A stretch of DNA of 64,000 bases, from NCBI GenBank assembly GCA_031441465.1, contig JANOEP010000046.1, forward strand, positions 69,359 through 133,358, in the 5' to 3' direction. The notes under the pieces are model-generated. The model was not told where the DNA came from and did no database searches. It saw only the letters and a program-made list of their open reading frames with translations. Below are positions 45,654 through 54,440 of this stretch, one piece after another (within the stretch, counting starts at the first letter, position 1; each line of letters starts with the position of its first letter). The position numbers and the translations under genes are program-made. Origin of the DNA: a bacterium. Lineage in GTDB: Bacteria > Krumholzibacteriota > Krumholzibacteriia > LZORAL124-64-63.

Positions 45654-46448
45654 CTAACTCCCGTCCAGGGGGTGCTCGGTCAGCCACTGCCGCAGCTGCC
45701 CCAGCAGGCAGGCGTTGCAGCGCTTGACGGCCTGGGGCAACAGGCGCTGCGCGAAGTGCGCGTCGCGCCGTGAAACCGCCGGCTCCGCCACGGAGTCGTT
45801 GATCTCCCCGATGCAGTCCTGCCGCCACAATTCCTTCCCCCCGCGATCCCGCAGGACCAGCTCCACTTCCGCTTCCGCCCGCACCTGCAGCGGCACGGGC
45901 AGGGCGCCGAGGGCCGCGACCGACAGCACGAGCCCGCGCTTCAGTTTCGACGACGTGTCGTCGCCCCAGAAGAAACCGCCGACCAGCCCCACGCCGACCG
46001 GCAAGGCGTAGGCCAAGCCGTTGCGCTCCATCCGGCAGTGGAACGAGTGGACCGTGGCCTCGAGCGTGTAGTCCGCCCGGGTCGATAACGGCACCGGCTC
46101 GGCCAGGCTGGTCTGCTCGATGTCCTGGAGCAGCGCGTCGTGGTAAAGCTCCGTGATCGGCCGGCTCCAGCTGGCGTCGTCGGGGAACGTGATGCCGACG
46201 AAGTGGCCCTGCCCCTCGCGCTGCTCGGCGGGGCGCTCGTCCGCGACCGGCAGGACCTGGATCCGCGGCAGGCGCGTCTCGGCCGGCGGGAAGATCAACG
46301 ATTCGCGCGAGTAGGGGAAACCGACCGGCGAGCCGCCGCAGCCGGTCAGCAGCGGCAACAGCAACGCCAGCAAGCCCGGCCAGGCAACCGGCCGGGCCAA
46401 GGAACGGCGATCCCGAATCCGGAACGATGGCGGCGAAGTGCGGAACAT
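45654..46448 (-). CDS. Hypothetical lipoprotein (~264 aa)
   Basis: Lipobox LLTGCGG after MFRTSPPSF...LLALLLPL. GGAGG Shine-Dalgarno sequence 3 nt before the ATG. The upstream 360 aa of the track ORF are antisense of suhB. Confidence 0.6.
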   Translation of the reverse strand: MFRTSPPSFRIRDRRSLARPVAWPGLLALLLPLLTGCGGSPVGFPYSRESLIFPPAETRLPRIQVLPVADERPAEQREGQGHFVGITFPDDASWSRPITELYHDALLQDIEQTSLAEPVPLSTRADYTLEATVHSFHCRMERNGLAYALPVGVGLVGGFFWGDDTSSKLKRGLVLSVAALGALPVPLQVRAEAEVELVLRDRGGKELWRQDCIGEINDSVAEPAVSRRDAHFAQRLLPQAVKRCNACLLGQLRQWLTEHPLDGS

Positions 46449-46603
46449 GTTCCTCCCCCAGGCTGGAGACGCCTCATCGGCAGAGTGCGGGTCATGGCGG
46501 CGAAATTGTCCCGGAGCGGCGAGGCCCCCCTTCCCGCGGCAGGAGGGACAATCCAGAGGCCACCACCGAAAATCTACATCGACGGGCGAACCGGGGCCAC
46601 GAT

Positions 46604-47479
46604 TCAATCTTCCCGCAGCAGCCCGCTCCCCGCCGCGCCTTCGCGGATGATCGCGAGCATCTCGGCGTGCAGGCCCGGCGCGGCGGCCAGCACGTGGCGG
46701 CCGTGGAGCGCGTCGGCGCCGCCGTCGAGGTCGGTGACCACGGCGCCCGCCTCGCGCGCGACGAGCACGCCCGCCGCGACGTCCCAGGGCTGCAACCGGA
46801 ACTCCCAGTAACCGTCGAGTCGGCCGGCGGCGACGTGGCAGAGGTCGAGTGCGGCGCTCCCCCCCCGGCGGATGTCGTGGCAGCGCCGCAGCAGGAAGTT
46901 CTTCACGAGATCGCAGTTCAGGGCGGCGACCTCGCCGCGCTCGTAGGGGAATCCGGTCGCCAGCAGGGCCCGCTCCAGCGCAACCGGCCCGGCCAGCGCG
47001 AGCGGTCGCGCGGGCTCCCCCCGCCCCGGCCGCTCGAGCGTCGCGCCGCCGCCGCGCCGGGCCAGGTAGAGTTCGTCCAGTTCGGGCGCGTAGACGGCCC
47101 CCAATTCCGGCCCGTCGGCGCCGGCGCAGCCCAGCGACACGGCGTAGAACGGGTAGCCATGGACGTAGTTCGTGGTGCCGTCCAGGGGATCGACGTGCCA
47201 GACGCGGCCGCTGACTCCGGACCGCCCGGCCCCTTCCTCGGCGCGGACGCCGTCCTGCGGGAAAACCTCGCCGAGGCGGTCGAACAGGTAGGCTTCGACG
47301 CGCCGGTCCACATCCGTCACCATGTCGGTGGCCGACTTGTAGACGATGTCGCGACGGTGCCCGCGGCCCTCCTGCTGGATCGCGCCCGCGGCGAGCGCGA
47401 TGAGCCGCAACCGGGCGGCCTCGGCAGCGAGCCGGTCGTCCCCGGCATCGGGCCGGTCGCCGCTGGGGTTCATGTCCAT
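46604..47479 (-). CDS. suhB: Inositol monophosphatase family protein (SuhB/ImpA-like)
   Basis: WHVDPLDGTTNYVHG and DLCHVAAGRLDGYWE motifs. Confidence 0.85.
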   Translation of the reverse strand: MDMNPSGDRPDAGDDRLAAEAARLRLIALAAGAIQQEGRGHRRDIVYKSATDMVTDVDRRVEAYLFDRLGEVFPQDGVRAEEGAGRSGVSGRVWHVDPLDGTTNYVHGYPFYAVSLGCAGADGPELGAVYAPELDELYLARRGGGATLERPGRGEPARPLALAGPVALERALLATGFPYERGEVAALNCDLVKNFLLRRCHDIRRGGSAALDLCHVAAGRLDGYWEFRLQPWDVAAGVLVAREAGAVVTDLDGGADALHGRHVLAAAPGLHAEMLAIIREGAAGSGLLRED

Positions 47480-47512
47480 GGTCCTCCGTTGTCGCGACGA
47501 CCCGCCGGTACG

Positions 47513-47541
47513 GTTGACATCCTCGGGCCGTCAACTAGCTT
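47513..47541 (+). promoter_or_regulatory. Candidate promoter for the Nfu-type gene with an overlapping palindromic operator
   Basis: TTGACA, a 16-nt spacer, then TAGCTT. The -35 is embedded in the inverted repeat GTTGAC-N11-GTCAAC. Confidence 0.4.
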
Positions 47542-47580
47542 GGTGGGAATCGCACCGCCCGCCTACGGAAAGGAAGCACG

Positions 47581-47799
47581 ATGGAACAGAAGATCCGCCA
47601 GGTCCTCGAAAAGGTCCGCCCCGCCCTGCAGGCCGACGGCGGCGACGTCGAGTTCATCGATTACCAGGACGGCATCGTCACGGTCCGCCTCAAGGGCGCC
47701 TGCGGCTCCTGCCCCATGTCGACCATGACGCTCAAGCACGGCATCGAAGCCCGCCTGCGCGAAGAGATCCCCGAGGTCCGGGCCGTCGAATCCCTGTAG
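47581..47799 (+). CDS. NifU/Nfu-type Fe-S cluster assembly scaffold domain protein
   Basis: LEKVRPALQADGGDVEFIDYQDGIVTVRLKGACGSCPMSTMTLKHGIEARL carries the CxxC Nfu signature. Confidence 0.85.
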   Translation: MEQKIRQVLEKVRPALQADGGDVEFIDYQDGIVTVRLKGACGSCPMSTMTLKHGIEARLREEIPEVRAVESL

Positions 47800-47810
47800 C
47801 TTCCGACCGC

Positions 47811-49568
47811 TTACGGCAGGTCCCAGGTTTCGAACCCGCCGGCATCCGGCGGACGGCTCGGCACGGCGCCGGCCGTCCGCAACGCATCCCGCCAGAACAC
47901 CAGGCGCGGGTCGGGGTCGCCCGCGCGCATCTCGGCCGAGGTCACACCGGCCACCCGCAACGCCGCCAGCAGTTCCCGCGGGTCCCGTTCCCCCCGCTCG
48001 CAAGCCGCCAGGTCGCGGCGAAGGTCACGCGCGCCCGGCGGCACCCAGCCCGAGGCGCCGCCGGTCACGGCCCGGCCGGTGGCGAGCGCGCGCAGGAGCC
48101 AGGCGGCTTCCCGCGCATCTTCCCCGTACACGTCGCGCGGGGCGGGCAGGGTCAGGACGGCGCCCGCCGCCTGCGGCGACGGCGGCGTCCCCGCGTCGGG
48201 GATCGCGACCGCGGGGACTCGGGCCGGCCAGGACTCCAACAGCAGCAGGAGCACGACCAGCCCCGGCAGCAGTCGCCGCCGCCACGGCGCCCGCGCGGCG
48301 GCACCGGGCAGCGTGGACCAACCTACCGCCGCCCACCACGCCGCCGCCACCGTCGCCAATTGTCCAAATCGCCAGGCGGCCCGGAAGGCCCGGGCCGGCG
48401 GGAAGATGTCGTGCAGCAAGCCCAGGGGCAGCGGCAGGCGCCAGCCCGTGCCCGGGATCCCCACCGAATCCCCGAAGGCCAGGATGAGACCGCAGCCGCC
48501 GGCCAGCAACAGGCCGCCGCCGAACCGCCGCTGCTCCGGCGCGAGCGTGCGGCGGCGCCACCAGCCCAGACCGGCCAGCGACAGCGCGATCCAACCCGGA
48601 TGCAGCACCTGGCGCGCCGCCCGCGACTCGCGCGTGGCCGCATCCGCCCCCTGCCCCACCCAGTCGGCGGGGCCCGCACGGTGGGCTCCGGTATTGATAA
48701 GATGCTTGAGGTCAGCGCTGTACCACCTTATTTCACTGATGGTTCGCTCGTAGGTTGATTCGCGGGTCGACACCCGCACATAGGGGAAGGCTGCCAGGGC
48801 GACGGCCACGGCACAGAACAGAGCCGGCCAAGCCACCCCCCGCAGCAACCCGCGGCGGGCGTCCTGACCGGTCCCACCCCTCGCCGCCAGCACCATACCC
48901 AGCAAGCAACCAGCCGCGAGCAGCGACTCGGCGAAACCGTACCAGCCCCAGATCGACTGCGCCGAGAGGCAGCCGGCCAGCGCCCACCAGGCCCGGCGGG
49001 GCGACAGGCCACGGCGCCGGCGAGAGGACGCCCAGGCCAGCGCCGCGGCGGCGGCGGGCACGCCCGGCGGCGGCAACTGGTTGAGGTGCCCGAGCTGGGC
49101 CAGCGTCATCGGCGCGCCGAGCAGGGCCAGCGCGGCGATCGGCGCCGCGGCCCGCGCCCCTCCCGCCGCGCGCCAGGCCCAGGCCATCGCCGCGGCGGCG
49201 AGCACGAGGCTCGTGAGCAGCGCCGCGTTGTAGCGCGCGGCGACCGTCGGCAGCAACGCGCGCCAGGGCGCCACGGCGAGCGCCTGCCCGAGCAGGGAGT
49301 CCATGGAAGCGATGACGTCGCGTGCGGGATGGAAGATGGGGACGTGCGGCCAGACCGTCGGCTGCCACCAGTGACGGGCGCTCCATTCGAGCAGGCCCGC
49401 CTGCAGCAGGGCGTCCACGCCGCCGTAAGGACCGGGCACCCAGCGACGCGGGTCCGGCAGCGCCGGGGCGAGCAGACCGAGGATCAGCAGCCCGACCGCC
49501 AGCCAGGCCAGCTTCGAGGCGCCGGATCGGGAGGCCGGCGGCACGCTCGCGACGTCGGGCTGCTTCAT
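47811..49568 (-). CDS. Uncharacterised large polytopic membrane protein (~585 aa), possibly a glycosyl/phosphoryl-transferase-like envelope protein
   Basis: MKQPDVASVPPASRSGASKLAWLAVGLLILGLL... with 12 or more hydrophobic segments. Start chosen at the ATG before the first TM. The N-terminal 140 aa of the track ORF are antisense. Confidence 0.6.
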   Translation of the reverse strand: MKQPDVASVPPASRSGASKLAWLAVGLLILGLLAPALPDPRRWVPGPYGGVDALLQAGLLEWSARHWWQPTVWPHVPIFHPARDVIASMDSLLGQALAVAPWRALLPTVAARYNAALLTSLVLAAAAMAWAWRAAGGARAAAPIAALALLGAPMTLAQLGHLNQLPPPGVPAAAAALAWASSRRRRGLSPRRAWWALAGCLSAQSIWGWYGFAESLLAAGCLLGMVLAARGGTGQDARRGLLRGVAWPALFCAVAVALAAFPYVRVSTRESTYERTISEIRWYSADLKHLINTGAHRAGPADWVGQGADAATRESRAARQVLHPGWIALSLAGLGWWRRRTLAPEQRRFGGGLLLAGGCGLILAFGDSVGIPGTGWRLPLPLGLLHDIFPPARAFRAAWRFGQLATVAAAWWAAVGWSTLPGAAARAPWRRRLLPGLVVLLLLLESWPARVPAVAIPDAGTPPSPQAAGAVLTLPAPRDVYGEDAREAAWLLRALATGRAVTGGASGWVPPGARDLRRDLAACERGERDPRELLAALRVAGVTSAEMRAGDPDPRLVFWRDALRTAGAVPSRPPDAGGFETWDLP

Positions 49569-49582
49569 CGTCACCCTGCCGG

Positions 49583-51535
49583 TCAATAGCCCAGGCTGCG
49601 CAGCTGCCGTTGCAACGTCCGGTCGGGCGCCACGAGCCGGGGCTGCGGACCGGACAGACTCCGCGCGGCGAGATCGCCGGCCGCGCGGATCGAATCGACG
49701 ACGGACAGCACGAACGACGCCGACGTCGGCGGCGCCCCCAGCGGCAGCACGGCAGCCGAATCGGCGGCGAGGTCGTACCATTCCGTCGGGGCGTCCGGGG
49801 ACAGGATCGCGTAGTACGGCCACGCCCGCACCGCCGTCCGAGGGGGGCCGTACAGGAGGTTTTCCAGGACCGCCGGCGTGGCGGGTCCCGTCCACACCGG
49901 CGTTGCAGCGGCGGCGCCGGTGGGCCAGAGATCGGCGCGGCCGCGCAGGCTGTCCGGTCCCACCCAACCCAGCGCGGCGCACAGCGTCGGCAACAGGTCC
50001 GCGCTCGAACGGTCGCCCTCCAGGCGCCGGCCCGCGATCCCGCCGGCGGGCAGCTTGACGATGAGCGGCACGGCGCTCACTTCGGGCAGGAGGCTGTGCC
50101 CGTGTTCGAAGCCGCCGTGGTCGAAGAGTTCCTCGCCGTGGTCGGCGGTCACCACGATCAGGGTCGAATCCCAGAGACCCGCCGCGCGCAGCGCCGCGAA
50201 GAGGCGCTCGAGTTGTTGGTCGGCATACCGGACCTCACCGGCGTAGAGGTCCTTGATGGCGGCGCGCACCTCCGGGGAGAGCCCGCCGAGTCCGTCGCGC
50301 ACCTCGCTCAGCTTTTCCGCCGCCAGGCCGTGCTCATTCAGCAGGGCGTGCCGGGGCAGCGGGGCCGCCGGAGCGTCGCCCGGCAAATGCCGGACGGTGT
50401 AGGGCAGGTGAGGGTCCAGCAGGTGCAGCCAGAGCAGGAACGGGCGGTCCTGCGGGCGCGACGGCAGCCAGCGCAACGCCTTGGCGACCACGTATTCCGC
50501 GGCGTCGAGTTCGACGAAGCGGTCGACCCAGTGGGTCAGTTCGCGCGCCAGCACCGAGCGCGCCGCGGGCTGCAGGGGTTCCAGCACCAGGGCATGCTCG
50601 TACTCCGCGAAGCCGCGATCGAAACCGTAGGCGCTCGTCAGGTAGGGGTTGGTCGCGAACGCGGCCGTGTGCCAGCCGTGGGACCAGGCGACCTCCGCCA
50701 GCGTCGGCGCGCCCGAGGGCAGGGGGCGGTGCCGCGCGACGTCCAGCTCCCGCGGCGAACGGCCGGTCATCAGGGTGCCCATCCCCGGCAGGGTCCAGCA
50801 GCTGCTCGACCAGTGATCCGGGTAGAGCAGCCCTTCCCCGGCCAGACGGTCGAGCCCCGGTGTGAGGTCGTCGCGGCCGACGAGCGCGCCCAGGTGGTCG
50901 CGGCGCCAGGCGTCGATGGTCACCAGGACCACGTTGGGACCGGACGGGACCGCCGTGAGCCGCGCGAGCCCACCGCACCGCTCCTCGCGGCCCTCGTCGC
51001 GCCAGTCGGGCCAGAGACTGGTGAAGACCAGCAGGAAGATCACGGTCAGGAAAAGATTGCGGCGCGGCGTCAAGACCAGCGTTTCGGCCATCACCGTCAG
51101 CGGGCGCACCAGCAGCACGGTCAGGAGCAGGAAGAGCCCGGCCTGCAGGGCGAAACCCGCGCGCAGTTCGTGTTCCGCCCACCAGAGCGGCCACAGGTGC
51201 TCGCGCCCCGCGTAACCGGCGTAGAAGAAGACCAGCGAGGCGACGGCCGTCGCCGTGGTCAACGCGTAGGCGCGCAGGCGCGCCTGCGGATGGCGACGCA
51301 CGGCCAGGGCGTAGGGCGCGAACAGCAGGGCCGCGATCGCCATCGCGAACCAGCTGTAAAGCGTGACCGACGGAGCGACGCTGCGCACGAAGCCGGACTC
51401 GCCGCCGCCCGCGGTCCAGCCCCCGAAGCGGGACCACTGGCTGACGCCCTCCACGAAGCCCGCCAGACCGGCCAGCACCCCCGACCACAGCAAGGCCGCG
51501 GCGTAGGCGCGCACCCACTTCCAGAGTCTCCTCAT
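49583..51535 (-). CDS. Membrane-anchored sulfatase-like (alkaline-phosphatase superfamily; LtaS/MdoB/EptA-type) transferase
   Basis: Five N-terminal TM helices, then VVLVTIDAWRRDHLG...CWTLPGMGTLMTGRSP...VVTADHGEELFDHG metal-site motifs. Start placed at Met36 of the track ORF after a GGAGG Shine-Dalgarno sequence. Confidence 0.8.
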   Translation of the reverse strand: MRRLWKWVRAYAAALLWSGVLAGLAGFVEGVSQWSRFGGWTAGGGESGFVRSVAPSVTLYSWFAMAIAALLFAPYALAVRRHPQARLRAYALTTATAVASLVFFYAGYAGREHLWPLWWAEHELRAGFALQAGLFLLLTVLLVRPLTVMAETLVLTPRRNLFLTVIFLLVFTSLWPDWRDEGREERCGGLARLTAVPSGPNVVLVTIDAWRRDHLGALVGRDDLTPGLDRLAGEGLLYPDHWSSSCWTLPGMGTLMTGRSPRELDVARHRPLPSGAPTLAEVAWSHGWHTAAFATNPYLTSAYGFDRGFAEYEHALVLEPLQPAARSVLARELTHWVDRFVELDAAEYVVAKALRWLPSRPQDRPFLLWLHLLDPHLPYTVRHLPGDAPAAPLPRHALLNEHGLAAEKLSEVRDGLGGLSPEVRAAIKDLYAGEVRYADQQLERLFAALRAAGLWDSTLIVVTADHGEELFDHGGFEHGHSLLPEVSAVPLIVKLPAGGIAGRRLEGDRSSADLLPTLCAALGWVGPDSLRGRADLWPTGAAAATPVWTGPATPAVLENLLYGPPRTAVRAWPYYAILSPDAPTEWYDLAADSAAVLPLGAPPTSASFVLSVVDSIRAAGDLAARSLSGPQPRLVAPDRTLQRQLRSLGY

Positions 51536-51739
51536 CGACGGTCCGTCCTCCCCGTCCGGCGCTTGGCGTCGGAACCTCCTGTTTTTAGACGCGTTTCGCC
51601 ACAGGGTCAAGGAGTGCTTCGGAAGGTGGGAGTCCGGCAAATCTCGCCGGGGGTGCGGCCGCGGCCGGAAGCGCGGGGTTGCAGGCGGGCGGGGTGATGC
51701 TATCCTCGTTCGGGATGGACCTTAACCCGAGGTGCGGCC

Positions 51740-52906
51740 GTGAAACCCTACGAGGGCGTCGACTATTACCGGATCGAACAGGATCTCGGCGACGAGGAGC
51801 GCGCGGCGCGCGACCTCTGCCGGAGCTTCGTCGAGCGGAGCTTCCTGCCCGTGGTGCGCGAACACCACCGCGCCGGCACGTTCCCGATCGAGCTGGCGGC
51901 GGAGATGGGGGCGCTCGGCCTGCTCGGCACCTCGGTGCAAGGGCCGGGCTGCCCGGGGCTGTCGTCGATGGTGTACGGGCTGGTCTGCCAGGAACTCGAA
52001 CGCGGGGACAGCGGCCTGCGCAGCTTCGCTTCGGTGCAGGGCAGCCTGGTGATGTGGCCGATCGCGACGTACGGCACCGAGGCCCAGCAACGTCGCTGGC
52101 TGCCCGAACTGGCGGCCGGCCGCAGGATCGGCTGCTTCGGCCTGACCGAGGCCGGGCACGGCAGCGACCCCGGGGGGATGGAGACCCGCGCCGTGCGCGA
52201 CGGCAAGGGCTGGGTCCTGACCGGTGCCAAGATGTGGATCACCAACGCCGATCTGGCCGACGTGGCCGTGGTCTGGGCGCGCGGTCCCGAACGGGTGCTG
52301 GGTTTCCTGATCGAGCGCGGCACGCCCGGCTTCTCGGCGCAACCGGTGCACGGCAAGTTCAGCCTGCGCGCCAGCGACACCGGGGAACTGAGCTTCGACG
52401 AGGTCCGCGTGCCGGAGAGCTGCCGGCTGCCAGGCGCCGCCGGGCTCGTCGCGCCGCTGTCGTGCCTGAACCAGGCGCGCTACGGCATCGCCTGGGGAGC
52501 GGTGGGCGCGGCGGCGGCCTGCTACGACCACGCGCGGCAGTACGCGCTGGAACGCGCGCAGTTCGGCCGGCCCATCGCGGCCTTCCAGCTGGTGCAGCAG
52601 AAACTCGTGGAGATGCTGACGGCGGTGACGACGTCGCAGGCGCTCGCCCACCAGTTGGGAAGACTCAAGGATCGCGGCATCGACGAAGTGCCCCTGGTGT
52701 CCCTGGCCAAGCGGCACAACGTGGCCGCGGCGCTGCAGGTCGCCCGCCAGGCCCGCGAGGTGCTCGGCGCCGCGGGGATCACCGACGAGCACCCGATCGG
52801 GCGCCACCTCACGAACCTCGAGTCGGTGTACACCTACGAAGGCACGCACGACATCCACACGCTGATCGTCGGCGCGGATCTCACGGGACTGCCCGCCTTC
52901 CGCTGA
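51740..52906 (+). CDS. gcdH: Glutaryl-CoA dehydrogenase-like acyl-CoA dehydrogenase
   Basis: MKPYEGVDYYRIEQDLGDEER...GCFGLTEAGHGSDPGGMETRA...MWITNADLADVAVVWA. GTG start after a GAGGTG Shine-Dalgarno sequence. Confidence 0.88.
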   Translation: MKPYEGVDYYRIEQDLGDEERAARDLCRSFVERSFLPVVREHHRAGTFPIELAAEMGALGLLGTSVQGPGCPGLSSMVYGLVCQELERGDSGLRSFASVQGSLVMWPIATYGTEAQQRRWLPELAAGRRIGCFGLTEAGHGSDPGGMETRAVRDGKGWVLTGAKMWITNADLADVAVVWARGPERVLGFLIERGTPGFSAQPVHGKFSLRASDTGELSFDEVRVPESCRLPGAAGLVAPLSCLNQARYGIAWGAVGAAAACYDHARQYALERAQFGRPIAAFQLVQQKLVEMLTAVTTSQALAHQLGRLKDRGIDEVPLVSLAKRHNVAAALQVARQAREVLGAAGITDEHPIGRHLTNLESVYTYEGTHDIHTLIVGADLTGLPAFR

Positions 52907-52922
52907 CGCGGAATGCCGGCGG

Positions 52923-54440
52923 TCAGAAGGTCATCTGCCGGAAGGTGTGGGCCGCCAGCGCGTAGAACGAACCCGGGACCACGCCGAGCAGCAGCACCAG
53001 CAGCGCCAGCACGCCGCAGGTGAACGCCGCCTCCCAGCTGTGGCCGTCGTGCACCTGGCCCTCGGCCGGCTTCATGTACATCACCACGATGACGCGCAAA
53101 TAATAGTAGGCCGACAGCAGCGAGTTGATCACGCCCCAGATGGCCAGCGGCAGCAGGCCGGCCTTCACCACCGCGTCGAAGACGTAGAACTTGCCCACGA
53201 AGCCGGCGGTGGGCGGGATCCCCGCGAGCGAGAACATGAACACCGCCAGCGTCGCCGCCACGAAGGGGCGGCGACGGGACAGGCCCGCGTAGCCGTCGAT
53301 GGCGTCGGCCTCCTCGTTGCGGCTGCGGCTCAGGCAGGCCACCACGCCGAAGGCGCCCAGGTTCATCAGGGCGTAGACCACCAGGTAGAACAGGATGGCG
53401 CCGCCGGCGGCGTCGCGGACCGCCGCGGCCTGCACGGCCGTGGCGCTGTCGCGGCTGGTGTTGAGCACCGCCAGCACGCCCAGCAGCAGGTAGCCGGCAT
53501 GGGCGATGCTCGAGTAGGCCAGCATCCGCTTCATCCCGTTCTGGGACAGGGCCACGAGGTTGCCGTACGTCATCGTCAGGACCGCGAGCACCGTCAGCAG
53601 AGGGAACCAGACTTCGGCGACCGGCGGCAGCAGCCAGACCACGCGCAGCAGCGCGGCGAAGGCCGCGGCCTTGACGCCCGTGGCCATCAGTCCCGTCACG
53701 TAGGCGGGCGCGCCGTCGTAGACGTCCGGCGTCCACATGTGGAAGGGCACCATGGCCACCTTGAAACCCAGGGCGATCAGCACCAGCCCGCAGGCCAGGG
53801 GCAGCAGGAGCCCGCCGGCGGGCGCCGCCTCGATCGCCCGGCGGATGGAGGCGTAGTCGGTCGCTCCGGCCTGGCCGTACAGCAGCGCGAGGCCCATCAG
53901 CAGGAAAGCGGAAGCGAACGCGCCCAGGATCAGGTACTTGAAGCCGGCCTCGCTGCTGCGCAGCGAACCGCGGTTGCCGGCGACCAGGGCGTACACGGCG
54001 AGGCTCATGGTCTCGATGGCCAAAAACAGGCTCAACAGGTCGGTCGCCGCGGCCAGCAGCATCATGCCCAGGGCGGCGAACAACACCAGGGGATAGAAGT
54101 CGGTCCGGTAGCGCCCGTCGCGCTCGAACATGCTGGTCGCGAAGACCGTCGTGAGCATGGCGATCGTCACGACCAGCAGGTTGAAGAAGCGGCTGAAGCG
54201 GTCGGCTGCCAGCATGCCTCCCATCAGGGACGCGCCGCGCGGGTCGGCGTGCACCGCGCCCTGGGCGACCGCGACGCACAGCAGCACCAGCAACGTCAAC
54301 AGCGACAGGTGGTCCTTGCGCCGGCCGCCGGTGAAGGCGTCCGCGAGCATCACGACCAGGCCGCCGACGGCCAGGACGAGGTAGGGCGCCAGCTGGGCCA
54401 GGTCGCTGCCGAGCGTCGTCGCGTGGGCCGGGCCGTTCAT
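52923..54440 (-). CDS. nuoN: NADH-quinone oxidoreductase subunit N
   Basis: Antiporter-like membrane subunit (...APFHMWTPDVYDGAP...). It is the last gene of the nuo operon. Confidence 0.9.
   Translation of the reverse strand: MNGPAHATTLGSDLAQLAPYLVLAVGGLVVMLADAFTGGRRKDHLSLLTLLVLLCVAVAQGAVHADPRGASLMGGMLAADRFSRFFNLLVVTIAMLTTVFATSMFERDGRYRTDFYPLVLFAALGMMLLAAATDLLSLFLAIETMSLAVYALVAGNRGSLRSSEAGFKYLILGAFASAFLLMGLALLYGQAGATDYASIRRAIEAAPAGGLLLPLACGLVLIALGFKVAMVPFHMWTPDVYDGAPAYVTGLMATGVKAAAFAALLRVVWLLPPVAEVWFPLLTVLAVLTMTYGNLVALSQNGMKRMLAYSSIAHAGYLLLGVLAVLNTSRDSATAVQAAAVRDAAGGAILFYLVVYALMNLGAFGVVACLSRSRNEEADAIDGYAGLSRRRPFVAATLAVFMFSLAGIPPTAGFVGKFYVFDAVVKAGLLPLAIWGVINSLLSAYYYLRVIVVMYMKPAEGQVHDGHSWEAAFTCGVLALLVLLLGVVPGSFYALAAHTFRQMTF

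Noticed and set aside
47818-47835. tRNA T-arm-like GGTTTCGAACCC motif
   Set aside because: It lies inside the 3' end of the membrane-protein CDS with no surrounding cloverleaf; I treat it as coincidental.
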